Assembly: GCA_044222185.1 (NCBI GenBank)
Contig: JBGANV010000001.1
Span: forward strand, 1,568,001 to 1,632,000
Reading direction: 5' to 3'
Length of the DNA stretch: 64,000 nt
From: Planctomycetota bacterium
GTDB taxonomy: Bacteria; Planctomycetota; GCA-002687715; CAIWVZ01
Part shown: positions 29,871-40,589 of the stretch, one piece after another
Numbering within the stretch: the stretch's first letter is position 1
How the letters are laid out: every line of letters begins with the position of its first letter
Notes under the pieces: generated by a model
The model's database searches: none
What the model was told of the DNA's origin: nothing
The model's input: the letters and a program-made list of their open reading frames with translations, nothing else
Translations under genes and position numbers: made by a program

Positions 29871-31727
29871 GTCCCCAACCGCGCCGGCATCCCGGTGCTC
29901 CGAGAAGAACCGAACGAGGTCCGCGGCGATGCGGAGGGTCATGCCGGGCGCTGCGGCCAACTCGACCTCGCCGGCGGCCTTCACCAGGTCCAGTGAACCG
30001 AAGTGGCGAAGCAGACTGCGGGCACGCGCGGTGCCGAGGCCCGGGACCAACTCGAGCACCGAGGTGGTCGCCTTCTTGCGCCTGAGTTTGCGATTGAACT
30101 GGATCGCAAAACGATGGGCCTCGTCGCGAACACGGGCGAGCAGGAGCAACTCGGGCCCGGACTGAGGCAGGACCACGGCCTCTTCAGAATCGGGCAGCAC
30201 GACGCGCTCGAACACGCCGAGTTCACCCATGGCTCGTTCCCCGCTGCGAGCCTTGGCGAGTCCGATCACGTCGACCTCTGCGACGCGGAGCTCGCGAAAC
30301 ACGTCCACGATCCGGCGGAGCTGGGGCCGACCGCCGTCGATCACGATGAGGTCCGGCAGGTCACCCGCGAGGCGCCCACTGGCGATGCGGCGCCGGAGGA
30401 CTTCCTCGAGTGCGGCGAAGTCGTCGTTCCGCTGCACCGTACGGAGTCGGTAGTGCCGGTAGAGGCTCTTCACGGGGACGCCCCGGTGGAACGTCACGCG
30501 GCTGCCCACCACTTCGTCGCCCCCGAAATGCGAGATGTCGTAGCACTCGATGCGTTCAGGGACGTGAACGAGTCCGAGCTGCCCACGCAGCCGCTCGAGT
30601 AGCTCCATCTTGGCGGCATCCTCCTGGTCGCCCTCCCGCGCCGCCATCTCGGCGTTTCGTTCGGCGAGCCGAACGAGCCGCAGGCCTTCTCCGCGCTCGG
30701 GAATCTGGAGCATCGTTCCCCGCTGGCTGCGTTCGGCGAGAACCTCTCGGTAGAGGTCCAGGTCGTCGCACTCCGCCGGAAGGAGGATCTCCTCGGGGAT
30801 CGTCCTCTCGCGGGTGTAGTACTGCCCGAGGAATGCGCCCAGGAGCTCGCGCGATTCCACGTGACGCTTGAGTCTGAACGTATCGCTGTGCCGCAGCACG
30901 CCATCGCGGATCTGCAACACGACGACGACGGCCTCCCCGCCCGCCTCGGAGAGTCCGATCACGTCGCGCTCGCGTCCCGTGCTTCGCGCAACCATGGGCC
31001 GGTCGACGGTCGTCCGCACGTTGTTCAGTCGGTCTCGCAACTCGGCGGCACGCTCGAATTCGAGCCGCTCCGCAGCTCGATGCATCTCGCGCTCGATCTC
31101 GGCGAGCACGTCTCGGTCCTGGCCGGAGAGGAAGCGAATGATGCGATCGACGGACCTCATGTACTCTTCGCGGGTCACGAGCCCGACGCACGGCGCGGCA
31201 CAGCGCCCGATTTCGTAGTGAAGGCAAGGCCGCGTCCGGTTGTACAGAACGGTGTCGGGGCACGTCCGGATCGGGAAGATGGAGTTCAGGAACTGGATCG
31301 TGCGGCGACACGCTTGCGCCGAGGTGTAGGGCCCGAAGTAGAGCACGTCGTCGGGTTTCCGCCGGCGCACGATCGTCAGGCGGGGCCACTCCTCCTTCAG
31401 GTCCAGACGCAAGCTGAAGTACGTCTTGTCGTCGCGCAGCCGGATGTTGTAGCGGGGCGCGTGCTGTTTGATCAGGTTGTTCTCGAGCAGAAGCGCATCC
31501 TTCACGGACCCCGTGAGGACGAACTCAACCGCCTTCGCCTGCCTCGCGATGTACTCGACGAAAGTCCGCCGGTCGGTCCCGTTCAGGTACGCCCGCACCC
31601 GCGAGCGAAGGCTGGCGGCCTTGCCGACGTAGAGCACTTTCTGTGACCCATCGACGAAGAGGTACACGCCCGCCTCGTCCGGGAGCGTGCCGACACCCTC
31701 GGCGTCGAATGGAACGCGGGACATCAA
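29805..31727 (-). CDS. uvrC: Excinuclease ABC subunit C
   Basis: GIY-YIG (GVYLF...YVGKA), [14 protein letters not shown] domain, [20 protein letters not shown], HhH. Confidence 0.97.
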   Translation of the reverse strand: MMSRVPFDAEGVGTLPDEAGVYLFVDGSQKVLYVGKAASLRSRVRAYLNGTDRRTFVEYIARQAKAVEFVLTGSVKDALLLENNLIKQHAPRYNIRLRDDKTYFSLRLDLKEEWPRLTIVRRRKPDDVLYFGPYTSAQACRRTIQFLNSIFPIRTCPDTVLYNRTRPCLHYEIGRCAAPCVGLVTREEYMRSVDRIIRFLSGQDRDVLAEIEREMHRAAERLEFERAAELRDRLNNVRTTVDRPMVARSTGRERDVIGLSEAGGEAVVVVLQIRDGVLRHSDTFRLKRHVESRELLGAFLGQYYTRERTIPEEILLPAECDDLDLYREVLAERSQRGTMLQIPERGEGLRLVRLAERNAEMAAREGDQEDAAKMELLERLRGQLGLVHVPERIECYDISHFGGDEVVGSRVTFHRGVPVKSLYRHYRLRTVQRNDDFAALEEVLRRRIASGRLAGDLPDLIVIDGGRPQLRRIVDVFRELRVAEVDVIGLAKARSGERAMGELGVFERVVLPDSEEAVVLPQSGPELLLLARVRDEAHRFAIQFNRKLRRKKATTSVLELVPGLGTARARSLLRHFGSLDLVKAAGEVELAAAPGMTLRIAADLVRFFSEHRDAGAVGDSDDEVTSRGVEHGIDDPLGIE

Positions 31728-33730
31728 AAGCCCCGAGCGGCGCGCCCCTCGAGCGTTCGGAGCTGGTCCCGGAGGATCGCGGCGTCCTCGTAGCGCTGCT
31801 CCTTGGCCGCCACGAACATCTGATCCCGGACGCGGATGATCTGTGCATCGAGATCCGCTGGCGAGACCGGCTCCTCGGAAACGCGATCGTCGACCTCGAC
31901 CGTCACGTAGTCCTGCTCGTAGATGGTCTCGAGCAGCTCGGCGATCCGCTTCGTCACGGTTTGAGGAGTGATCCCGTTTGCGACGTTGTAGGCCTCCTGG
32001 ATCGTGCGCCTCCGCTGCGTCTCCTGGACGGCCGCCTTGATGGAGTCCGTTTCCTGGTCGGCGTAGAGGATGACCCGGCCGGCGACGTTCCGCGCCGCGC
32101 GCCCGATCGTCTGGATCAAGGATCGATGGCTTCGCAGGAAACCCTCCTTGTCGGCGTCGAGGACCGCGACGAGTGCAACCTCGGGAAGATCCAGGCCCTC
32201 TCGCAGAAGGTTCACGCCAACGAGCGTGTCGAACTCCCCGAGCCGGAGACTCCGCAGGATCGCCATGCGCTCGAGCGTGTCGATGTCCGAGTGCAGGTAC
32301 TTCACCTTCAGTCCGAGGTCGCGGAAGTAGGTCGAGAGGTCTTCGGCGAGCCGCTTCGTCAGGCTCGTGACGAGCACGCGGAAGCCCGCCTCGACGGTCT
32401 TGCGGATCTCACCGAGAACGTCGTCGACCTGACCGCGCGCAGGGCGGATCTCGACGATCGGGTCGAGCAACCCCGTGGGACGTATGACCTGCTCCGCCGT
32501 CACCCCTTCGGACCGGGCCAGGTCCGAGTCGCTCGGAGTCGCCGACACGGCCACGACCTGCTGGATCCTCTTCTCGAATTCATCGGCGGTGAGAGGTCGG
32601 TTGTCGACGGCCGAGGGCAACCGGAACCCGTGCTCGACGAGCGTGTCCTTGCGAGCGCGATCCCCGCGGTACATGCCGCCCAGTTGCGGCAGCGTGACGT
32701 GGCTCTCGTCGACGAAGACGACGAAGTCATCGGGGAAGTAGTCGATCAACGTTGCGGGGGGTTCGCCCGGCCCCCGACCGTCCAGGTGGCGAGAGTAGTT
32801 CTCGATTCCGGGACAGTGGCCGACCTCCGTCAGCAACTCCAGATCCAACCGAGTCCGCATCTCGAGACGCTGCGCCTCCAGGAGCTTCCCGCGCGTACGA
32901 AACCACTCCAGGCGTTCCTCGAGTTCGACCTCGATGGACTCGATCGCCTTCTCGAGGCGGTCCTTCGGCGTGACGTAGTGCGAGGACGGGAAGATCGTCA
33001 CGTCATCCGGCTCGGCGAGCACCTCGCCTTTCAGGGAGTCGACCTCGAGAATCGTCTCCACGGAGTCCCCGAAGAACTCGACGCGGATCAACCGGTCGTC
33101 CGCGTAGGCCGGGAAGATCTCCACCAGGTCGCCGCGCGCGCGAAACGTCCCACGCCGCGGCGAGATGTCGTTTCGGCTGTATTGAATCTGCACCAGACGC
33201 CGAAGGAGGTCGTCGCGGTCGAGGTCCTGGCCCTTCTTCACTTCCACGCGCATCTCGCCGTAGGCATCCGGCGAACCGAGTCCGTAGATGCAGGACACGG
33301 ACGCGACGATGATCACGTCCTTTCGGGTGAGGAGCGAATGCGTAGCGGAGTGGCGCATCCGGTCGATGCGGTCGTTGATGCTCGAGTCCTTGGCGATGTA
33401 GGTGTCACTTGCCGGGACGTAGGCCTCGGGCTGGTAGTAGTCGTAGTAGGAGACGAAGTACTCGACCGCGTTGTCCGGGAAGAGGTCCTTCATCTCGGAG
33501 AACAGTTGGGCCGCCAGCGTCTTGTTCGGAGCCAGGATCAACGCCGATCGGTTGGTCGCGGCGATCGTCTTCGCAACCGTGAACGTCTTCCCTGAGCCCG
33601 TCACGCCGAGGAACGTCGAGTACCGCTTGCCCGAACCGAGCGCGGTCACGAGGTCCCCGATCGCCTTCGGCTGATCGCCGCACGGCTGGAACGCCGTCTC
33701 CAAACGGAACGGTCTGGTGAGGCCGGTCAT
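31724..33730 (-). CDS. uvrB: Excinuclease ABC subunit B
   Basis: [56 protein letters not shown]. Start 33730 or 33751. Confidence 0.98.
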   Translation of the reverse strand: MTGLTRPFRLETAFQPCGDQPKAIGDLVTALGSGKRYSTFLGVTGSGKTFTVAKTIAATNRSALILAPNKTLAAQLFSEMKDLFPDNAVEYFVSYYDYYQPEAYVPASDTYIAKDSSINDRIDRMRHSATHSLLTRKDVIIVASVSCIYGLGSPDAYGEMRVEVKKGQDLDRDDLLRRLVQIQYSRNDISPRRGTFRARGDLVEIFPAYADDRLIRVEFFGDSVETILEVDSLKGEVLAEPDDVTIFPSSHYVTPKDRLEKAIESIEVELEERLEWFRTRGKLLEAQRLEMRTRLDLELLTEVGHCPGIENYSRHLDGRGPGEPPATLIDYFPDDFVVFVDESHVTLPQLGGMYRGDRARKDTLVEHGFRLPSAVDNRPLTADEFEKRIQQVVAVSATPSDSDLARSEGVTAEQVIRPTGLLDPIVEIRPARGQVDDVLGEIRKTVEAGFRVLVTSLTKRLAEDLSTYFRDLGLKVKYLHSDIDTLERMAILRSLRLGEFDTLVGVNLLREGLDLPEVALVAVLDADKEGFLRSHRSLIQTIGRAARNVAGRVILYADQETDSIKAAVQETQRRRTIQEAYNVANGITPQTVTKRIAELLETIYEQDYVTVEVDDRVSEEPVSPADLDAQIIRVRDQMFVAAKEQRYEDAAILRDQLRTLEGRAARGF

Positions 33731-33801
33731 GGTGGATCTGTCGCGCCGCATCGGATCGCCCGCGAAGGGAGGGCCCGGCGGCGGCAGGCCAGAAAATTAG
33801 C

Positions 33802-33833
33802 ACGGCCGTCCGACAGGGATGCCGGACGGCCGT
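33802..33833 (-). terminator. Hairpin, probable terminator of the upstream minus-strand gene
   Basis: ACGGCCGTCCG-N10-CGGACGGCCGT inverted repeat followed on the minus strand by GCTAATTTT. Confidence 0.5.
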
Positions 33834-33865
33834 CGTGGTGCTCCATCAGGACGGAGCGGAGTTCC

Positions 33866-36046
33866 TCAGCGAGTTTCAGGCCCGCCGAGGAATCGACGCT
33901 CCGCGGCCTGGAGCAGGAGCTTGAGCTGCGGGTCGTCGCCGGCGACCTCTTTCAGCAACGCGAACTCGTTTCGCGCGCCGAAGTCATTCCCCGTCTTCAG
34001 GTAGATGAACCCGAGCACGAAGCGCGCCGAGCCCTCGTTGGGGTTCCGGACGATCAACCGCTCTATCCTAGATTGGGCCTCGCGGAACGCGCCGGCATCT
34101 CCGAACGTCGAGACGACGTCATCCGACGTCGTGGCGACGTCCGGATTGCGAACGAGCACCTCGTGGATCGCGACGCTCGCCAGGTCGAACCGCTCGGCAG
34201 CGAAGAGCGCAACCGCCAACGAGACGCCTGCGGTGCGGTCCGCCGGGCTGAGCAGCCACGCGCGCCGCCAGGCCTCCGCCGCTTCCAGGTACTGCCCGGA
34301 TCGCATGGCAGAGGCACCGCGCGACCCGTATTCGGACGCTCCGAGCGTATCCGGGAATCCGCTCACGAGCGGGGCGCGGAGTTCCGCGGGAACCGCGACG
34401 GTTCGAAGTGGAATGATCTCCGGCCGCGCTGCCGAGTCGGACCCCGCAGGCTCCACGGCCGGTGCGGCCTTCGCCGGCACCTCGTCCTCGAACTCGACGT
34501 AAGGATCGCTGGTGTCCGCGTAGTCCGCGGAGACGACATCGGCGTGGTAGACGGTCGAGTAGACCGGGTAGTAGCTCACCGTCGAGTAGTAGTAGTAGGG
34601 GTAGTAGCGATAGGTCCGGTAGTAGGGGTACCAGCAGTCGCTGTAGTAGGTCGGGTAGTAGCTGTAGCCGAAGCCGAAGGAGAACCGCCAGCCGGAGGAG
34701 CGGTACCCGAACCCGAATCCCGGGTAGGCGTAACCGCAGTAGGTCGAGTAGGGCCAATGGAACGGCGCCCACAGCGCGTAACCGTACCAGTAGGGGTAGC
34801 AGCTGTAGGGGTAGTACCCGCCGAACGCGGAGTAGGTGTAGGGGTAGCAGCCGAACCCGCCGCCGAACCAGAACGACCCGTGGAACCGCCAGCGGTCGTG
34901 GTGACCGTGATGACCACCTCCGCCCCACCGCGCGTCGGCGCCGAAGCCGGACCCACCCGAATACACGCCTGCCGCGAAGGACGACCGCTCCAACGACGAA
35001 TCGGTTCCCTGCGGAGTCAGGTTGAGCGCACGGGTGCCAACGGACTTGGTTCCAGCGGGGTTGTCGGCGGCCGCGCCTCCGCCCGCGACAGGCGTGAGCC
35101 GACCCGGGGCCGTGACACGTGCGCCGTCACTCCCGTGACCGAGGGCCACGCCCGGACGTCCCGAGAACTTGGAGGAGCCGCTCGCGGCAGGTTCCGTCGC
35201 CCCGGTGCCGCGACCCGGTCGCGCGAGGTTGGTCGGGAGCCGAGACACCGAAGTCGTCGGAGAGTTCGCTCCCGGATCGATCGTTGGGGTGACGCGCCCG
35301 GCGTTCCCATTCCCCGGATAGCGACCGGCCGGCGCAGTCAACCCAGGCTGGCTGCCCGTCCGCCCCACACCCGCCGATCCCCCGTCGGCTGGCGCGAGCT
35401 TCGGAATCCGGGACGAACCGGCGTTCCAGCCAGTCCCGTCATGGTTCCGTGGCACGGAGGGGGGCCGGCTTGCACCGGTTCCGCCATTCGTCCGGTTGTC
35501 GATCCCACCGCGTCCGCCGGCCACACCCGAGGGGCCGTCGATTCCGACGCTGCGACCGCTTCGGACTCCACCACCGCTCCCGCCAAAGGTCTCACCCCTC
35601 GGCTGGGCCGCACGCGAAGGTGGATCGAACGATGGCGCGGCGCTTCGGCTTCCGCCCCAACGGGGCGCCGCTCCACCGCTGTCCGGAGCCGCCGATCTCG
35701 CACCGCCGCCGGAAGTCGAGGGAACCGGTGATGGAGAGAACGTCCGTGGCGCGGGCGCCGAGGGCGCGATGGATGGGCCGGGGTTGGAGAAGCCGCGCGA
35801 GGGTGCGCCCCCGAACGAGCGCGGGCCGGAGACCGGCGGCGCCGAGGGCGCTGATGGCGCGGGCGCGGACCGAACGCCGCCGCCCCCCATGGACGGGCCC
35901 GGTTGCGAACCGCCGCCGAAGCTTGGCTTGGCCACTGGGGCTCCGCCGCCGCCGATCCCCTGCGGCATTCCGTTCCCCTTCTGCGCCGAGGCGAGTCCCA
36001 TGCTGACGGCGACAACGGCGACGAGTCTCAGAAGCTGGTTGGACAT
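33866..36046 (-). CDS. Exported low-complexity protein: Gly/Pro/Ser-rich, then Tyr/aromatic-rich, then C-terminal TPR
   Basis: Signal peptide MSNQLLRLVAVVAVSMGLASA; long G/P/S/R region; YYPYSCYPYWYGY-type block; TPR-like helices. Confidence 0.8.
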   Translation of the reverse strand: MSNQLLRLVAVVAVSMGLASAQKGNGMPQGIGGGGAPVAKPSFGGGSQPGPSMGGGGVRSAPAPSAPSAPPVSGPRSFGGAPSRGFSNPGPSIAPSAPAPRTFSPSPVPSTSGGGARSAAPDSGGAAPRWGGSRSAAPSFDPPSRAAQPRGETFGGSGGGVRSGRSVGIDGPSGVAGGRGGIDNRTNGGTGASRPPSVPRNHDGTGWNAGSSRIPKLAPADGGSAGVGRTGSQPGLTAPAGRYPGNGNAGRVTPTIDPGANSPTTSVSRLPTNLARPGRGTGATEPAASGSSKFSGRPGVALGHGSDGARVTAPGRLTPVAGGGAAADNPAGTKSVGTRALNLTPQGTDSSLERSSFAAGVYSGGSGFGADARWGGGGHHGHHDRWRFHGSFWFGGGFGCYPYTYSAFGGYYPYSCYPYWYGYALWAPFHWPYSTYCGYAYPGFGFGYRSSGWRFSFGFGYSYYPTYYSDCWYPYYRTYRYYPYYYYSTVSYYPVYSTVYHADVVSADYADTSDPYVEFEDEVPAKAAPAVEPAGSDSAARPEIIPLRTVAVPAELRAPLVSGFPDTLGASEYGSRGASAMRSGQYLEAAEAWRRAWLLSPADRTAGVSLAVALFAAERFDLASVAIHEVLVRNPDVATTSDDVVSTFGDAGAFREAQSRIERLIVRNPNEGSARFVLGFIYLKTGNDFGARNEFALLKEVAGDDPQLKLLLQAAERRFLGGPETR

Positions 36047-36119
36047 GGTCTTGCCCTCAAACGCGGCTGCGACGGACGCCCGGATGATACAGGAGCGGGG
36101 CCGGCAGCCACCATTTGGC

Positions 36120-36135
36120 AGCAATCCTCACGCCG
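36120..36135 (-). promoter_or_regulatory. Candidate sigma54 promoter
   Basis: Minus strand CGGCGTGAGGATTGCT has correct GG-N10-GC spacing with TTGC, about 75 nt upstream of ATG 36046. Confidence 0.45.
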
Positions 36136-36348
36136 CTCGACGTCCCACGGGAAAAATCGAGCCGCCGGACGGCCGCGTGCGGGTCGGAGGATGGAATTCT
36201 CGATCCCGGCTGCGTTCAGGATGACGGCCTGCGGCCGAGCCTCCCCTGATTGCCGGCGCGCGTCAGATGCTCGTCGTCCTCATTCCGGTACCCCCGTGTC
36301 CAACGCCGTGGACAGGATCGCTGACCCTGGGTGTCCGGTCCGAGGAAC

Positions 36349-36388
36349 AAAAAAAAACGGGCTGGCTCCGAGGAGCCAACCCGCTTTT
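36349..36388 (-). terminator. Rho-independent terminator of the porin gene (possibly bidirectional)
   Basis: CGGGCTGGCTCC-GA-GGAGCCAACCCG hairpin flanked by A9 (T9 on minus) and TTTT. Confidence 0.85.
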
Positions 36389-36412
36389 CAGGACAGTTTT
36401 GCTGTCGCTAGA

Positions 36413-38014
36413 TCAGAACCAGAGGCGCGCCTGGACGTAGCCCAGGAACTGGGTGCCGTCGTCGACGTTCCACATGAACTGGCCCTGGTCATCCGCCCAG
36501 AGGAGGGCAACGCCCGCGCCGAACGTGAGGTGCTCGCTGTAGCGGTACTCGCCCCACAGGTCGACTTCCCAACCGTAGTCGCTGTCGTCGCCGTTGGCGG
36601 AGACAACGTTGTTGGAGCCTTCCTCGTCCGCGCCGGCCCAGAGGCCGGTGAGTCCGAGGGTCCAGTTGTCGGCCGGATCGAAGTGCAGGCCGAGCTGAAC
36701 GCTCCAAACGTTCGACATCGGGATCAGGTCGAACAGGCCGTAACGCGCGCGGAAAGCCGCCGTGTTGCTGTGCCGGTTCGGGAAGAGCGAGAGGTATCCG
36801 ACGTCGTTGTCATCCGGGCCCTCGGCGAAGAGGAAGCGGCTGTAGACGCGGAACTTGCTCGACGAGCTGAAGGTCAGACCAACCTCGGCCTCAACCGCGA
36901 ACGCATCGACGTCCGCGTTGCCACCGAAGAAGCCGTGAACGTCACCGAACTGGTACGACGCTTCGACGTTGTAGTCGAGGCCCGCCGCCACGTCGAACGT
37001 GCCGCCGATGCGGGCGCCGAGCGTGTGGAAGTAGGCCGACGAGCCCGGGTAGAGGAACCCGGTCACGCCACCGCCGCCGAGGTCGTTGTTGTTGCCAAAG
37101 CCAGCGTTGGCGCCGCTGTTGAGCGACGAGCCGCCGTGGCCGTTGACGTAGAGCCAGTAGAGGTCGATCGTGTGGTTCTTGATCGACTTCAGCGTGAAGT
37201 ACAAGCCGTAAAGCTCGTCGTCATCGTGGCTGTTGTTGAACGCGGACGTCTGGTCGAAGTCGCCGCTGCCGTCGGAGCTCGAGAGCTTGAGGGCGAGACC
37301 CGTGAGGGAGAAGCCCGTGCACTCCCAGTCCCAACGCGCGCCGTCGAAGACGACGCCGTCGTACCAGTCGGCGTTGCCGAACTGGAACTGGTTGCCAAGA
37401 ACGATCTCCTGGCGGCCGACCTTGCTGGAGAACTCGGAACGTCCGAAGAGGTTCCCGACCTTCAGCCAGCCCTGGTACAGGTTGACGTCGGTGTTGCCAC
37501 CGAACTCGACGGCCGAGATCGGGCCTTCCGAGTTGTCACCCAACGCCCAAGCCGTCTGGAGCTCGGCGAACGCCGAAACGTCCTTGGTGAAGTTGTAGAG
37601 GAAGTTGATGCGCACCCGCGCGTCGGTGTAGGTCCCGTCGTGCTCGGTCGTGCCGTTGTTGGTGCCGTCGCCGCCATTGAAGCCCTCGCTGTCGCCGAGG
37701 GTGTACGTGTTCCGGAAACGGAACTCGCCGCCCATGGTGATCTGGCTGGCCTTCGAGTTGACCGACGTCGCAGCCGCGAGGCGCTCGGTGAGGCGGTTGA
37801 CCTCGGTCTCGAGCGTGTCGGACTGGACCGCATCCTGCTGCGACTTCAGCTCGGCGTTCTCCTTGATCACGGCATCCATCTTCTGGGTGAGTGCCGAGAT
37901 CTGGGCCTTCTGCTGGTCGAGCTCCTTCTTCAACTGTTCCGGGGTCTGTCCGAAGGTCGCTGACGCCGTGAGGGCGAGCGCCATCAGCGCAAACGCTGGT
38001 TTCCAACGATTCAT
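36413..38014 (-). CDS. Outer-membrane beta-barrel porin (alginate-export family-like) with N-terminal coiled coil
   Basis: GGAGGAGG RBS; signal peptide; coiled coil; GEFRFR, AFAELQ, LYQGW, KVGRQEI.LG, FDG motifs; C-terminal RLWF. Confidence 0.87.
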   Translation of the reverse strand: MNRWKPAFALMALALTASATFGQTPEQLKKELDQQKAQISALTQKMDAVIKENAELKSQQDAVQSDTLETEVNRLTERLAAATSVNSKASQITMGGEFRFRNTYTLGDSEGFNGGDGTNNGTTEHDGTYTDARVRINFLYNFTKDVSAFAELQTAWALGDNSEGPISAVEFGGNTDVNLYQGWLKVGNLFGRSEFSSKVGRQEIVLGNQFQFGNADWYDGVVFDGARWDWECTGFSLTGLALKLSSSDGSGDFDQTSAFNNSHDDDELYGLYFTLKSIKNHTIDLYWLYVNGHGGSSLNSGANAGFGNNNDLGGGGVTGFLYPGSSAYFHTLGARIGGTFDVAAGLDYNVEASYQFGDVHGFFGGNADVDAFAVEAEVGLTFSSSSKFRVYSRFLFAEGPDDNDVGYLSLFPNRHSNTAAFRARYGLFDLIPMSNVWSVQLGLHFDPADNWTLGLTGLWAGADEEGSNNVVSANGDDSDYGWEVDLWGEYRYSEHLTFGAGVALLWADDQGQFMWNVDDGTQFLGYVQARLWF

Positions 38015-38174
38015 CTGTTTCCTAACCTCCTCCAAGTTTTCGACGCGAGAGAACTCACCCGATACCTTCTATTAACCAGATGAAGCTCTCGATCGCTGAC
38101 GGCCAGGCTGGAGCGCGGCGACACACAGGTGCCACCATCGTCCTAAACCCAACCGCCCCGGCTCGATGGGCGGC

Positions 38175-38203
38175 ACTATGTCCCATGGTCTCGGCGCAGT
38201 CAA
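38175..38203 (-). promoter_or_regulatory. Candidate sigma70 promoter of the porin gene
   Basis: Minus strand TTGACT-N17-CATAGT with an upstream T7 tract (UP-like). Confidence 0.55.
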
Positions 38204-38396
38204 CGGGTGGACCCCAAAAAAACTCGCCGCCCGTATCACAAAAGGCACACGCTCCGGACGTCTCCGCCCGGAGGCTTGAGCTGCACGTCTCGAGGCTTTT
38301 TTCAGGCGAAACTCTTCGTTTCAGTGCCTGTTGGCGGCACGCCTCAGAAAACCACCGGGTATCTACAAAAAGTACGGAAATAACCCCGGCGGCGGG

Positions 38397-38627
38397 TCAC
38401 GGACCGTCGTGGATCACCTCGACCTTGACCCGTTGAGAACGCAGGAACCCCACGGCCTTCTCGATCTCGTCGGCCTCGCCGTCGAGCTCGACAGCCATCA
38501 TCCCCATCTGCTCGGTGATCGTCGCTCCCTTGATGTTCGGGATCACCTTGAAGTCACGACCGAGGACGTAGAGCAGCGGGTCGTTGAGAACCTGCTGGGG
38601 AAAAGTGAGGAACAGCTTCTGCTTCAT
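38397..38627 (-). CDS. Stand-alone NIL domain protein
   Basis: LTFP....DPLLY.L...F.V.PNI.GA...G.M.VELDG pattern; ATGA overlap with the upstream gene. Confidence 0.85.
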   Translation of the reverse strand: MKQKLFLTFPQQVLNDPLLYVLGRDFKVIPNIKGATITEQMGMMAVELDGEADEIEKAVGFLRSQRVKVEVIHDGP

Positions 38628-39280
38628 GACGCGTTCCGTTTCGTGCGCGCACGCGTCGCGAACCACGCGAGCACGCTCGTCAACGATGCAACGAACAACA
38701 CGATGCTGGGAATCGTGTACGCCTCCGACGCTGGAGGGTAAACGAAGTAGAGAGAACCGATGCGCGGGTAGAGCATCGGCCCGCGGATCCAGTCTATTCC
38801 GAGAGCCCCCGCGTACACGTGCGCAAGAGGATTCGCGGCAAGCGCAATGGCAGGCACGGAGTCAGCGTCTCGAGCAACACCCCAGAGGGTACCGAGCATC
38901 GCGAGAGTCGTGAGAGTCGCCGCGGCCGTCGCTCCACCTCGATGGCCTCGAATTGCGAGCGGCGCTGCAACCACGAGGCTCATCGCGGCCCCCCCTACGA
39001 GCGCCGCCGCGAGGTGGGCGAATCCGCCTCCGTCGCCGCCGACACCGGCACACCCGAGACATCCGGCGCCAATGATGATTGCGGCTCCCCCGAGCGCAGT
39101 CCGCAGCCGCCAGGTGAGAAACGTCGGGACCACGAGGAGACACGTGGCCACCGTGATCGCGTAGACATTTCCGGCAACGAGCCGCGGGGCACCGGCGCAC
39201 GATCGGGCCCAGCCATTGGCGGCGCCGACGAGGCCGACCGCTGCAAGCACATGCGCGGCAGCGGGGTTCAACGAAGGCAC
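38624..39280 (-). CDS. Hypothetical multi-pass membrane protein
   Basis: Several hydrophobic helices; overlaps both neighbours; start uncertain (39280 or 39337). Confidence 0.6.
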   Translation of the reverse strand: MPSLNPAAAHVLAAVGLVGAANGWARSCAGAPRLVAGNVYAITVATCLLVVPTFLTWRLRTALGGAAIIIGAGCLGCAGVGGDGGGFAHLAAALVGGAAMSLVVAAPLAIRGHRGGATAAATLTTLAMLGTLWGVARDADSVPAIALAANPLAHVYAGALGIDWIRGPMLYPRIGSLYFVYPPASEAYTIPSIVLFVASLTSVLAWFATRARTKRNAS

Positions 39281-40506
39281 GAATCCAGGGCCAGGAGCGC
39301 CATCGGTGTCGCGAGAACCGGCGCGTTTTCCCACCAACGCCCGTTGCGGTCGTTGGTCCAGCTTCCATCCGGACGCTGCAAAGCCACCACCTGCGTCGCG
39401 AGGTCCTTCTGCCAGGCGCGCGGCGCGCCCTTCTCGTCCGTGACGAAGTCGGCCCCCGTGGCGGGAAGCGCCCGAGCCATCGTGACGTAGTAGTAGAACA
39501 GCCCGGCGTAGCGGGATTCAGGCTTCTCGCCGAACTCCATGCCAGGGTTGAAATCGACCCGGTAGTTCTTCGAGAGCCACTCCCCCAGGGCGCGAACGCG
39601 TGGGTCCTTCCGGTCCAAGTTGCAGAAGATGTAGCTCTTCAACAGGCAGTAGGACATGCTCCCGTACGACCGCCGGACCTTGCGACCGTCGGGGGTCGTG
39701 ACGAAGCCGGCCTTGGAGTCCTTCTCCGCCAGCGTCGGCGAGTAGAACCCGCCACCATCGTTCCCGATGCCGATCTCCGGGTCCTTCAAATCGTTGGACT
39801 CGCTGCGGTTCTGGCACCGCTGGAGATACACACTCACCTTCTTGAAGAACGGGTCGTCGGCGGGCATCCCAGCCTCGTGTGCAGCCTCGACGGCGAACTG
39901 GGTGTTGGACAGGTCGGCCGTGCCTCCGTCCTCGTAGCCGACGCCACCGTAGAACCGGTTGCTGGGATCGATGTTCTCGCCCTCATCCGATTGCACGACG
40001 CGAAGGAAGCCCAACGCCTTGTCGAGAACGGGTTTCCACTTGGGATTCCCGGTCTTCGCAAGGGCGAGCATGGATGTCGCGGTGTTGTAGGTCGCGAGCT
40101 GTCCGCCGTGAATCGAACCGTCCGGTTTCTGCATCGACGCGAGCCATTCGATGCCCTTGCTGATGAACTCGCCGTCCTTCTCGCGGTAGGCGGCCGGGGA
40201 TTCCATGATCGCCAGCAGGCACAGGGCGGTGACGCCGACCTCTGGTTTTCCGGGCGCGACGGCCCACGTTCCGTCCTTGGACTGAACGCTGCGAAGGAAA
40301 GCCACCGCCTTCTCGGCTGACGCCTTTGCGGCGTCCTTCCAATTCGCGGCGGCCGATGCCGCGCGGGAATCCTGCGGCTTCGCGCCGTCGCCCGCCTGCG
40401 GTGTCGCGGCGGTGGTGGATCCCGCCTTCGAGCCGTCGCCGCATGCCGTGAGGGCAGCGCAAAAAAGAACTCCGAGGACGATCAAGCCGCTTGCTGCTCG
40501 AAGCAT
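39268..40506 (-). CDS. Prenyltransferase/squalene-cyclase-repeat lipoprotein
   Basis: Lipobox LTAC; QW-type repeats Q.KDGTW, QKPDGS, QRPDGSW; DLSNTQF; DGGGFY; SYGSMS. Confidence 0.85.
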   Translation of the reverse strand: MLRAASGLIVLGVLFCAALTACGDGSKAGSTTAATPQAGDGAKPQDSRAASAAANWKDAAKASAEKAVAFLRSVQSKDGTWAVAPGKPEVGVTALCLLAIMESPAAYREKDGEFISKGIEWLASMQKPDGSIHGGQLATYNTATSMLALAKTGNPKWKPVLDKALGFLRVVQSDEGENIDPSNRFYGGVGYEDGGTADLSNTQFAVEAAHEAGMPADDPFFKKVSVYLQRCQNRSESNDLKDPEIGIGNDGGGFYSPTLAEKDSKAGFVTTPDGRKVRRSYGSMSYCLLKSYIFCNLDRKDPRVRALGEWLSKNYRVDFNPGMEFGEKPESRYAGLFYYYVTMARALPATGADFVTDEKGAPRAWQKDLATQVVALQRPDGSWTNDRNGRWWENAPVLATPMALLALDSCLR

Positions 40507-40589
40507 GTTTTCAAACCTCGTGTCTCGTCGCCCCCCGCCGCGATGCGTCGACCCGGCGTCGTCGCTCGGCTGGCGGGTGCTGTCACCGA

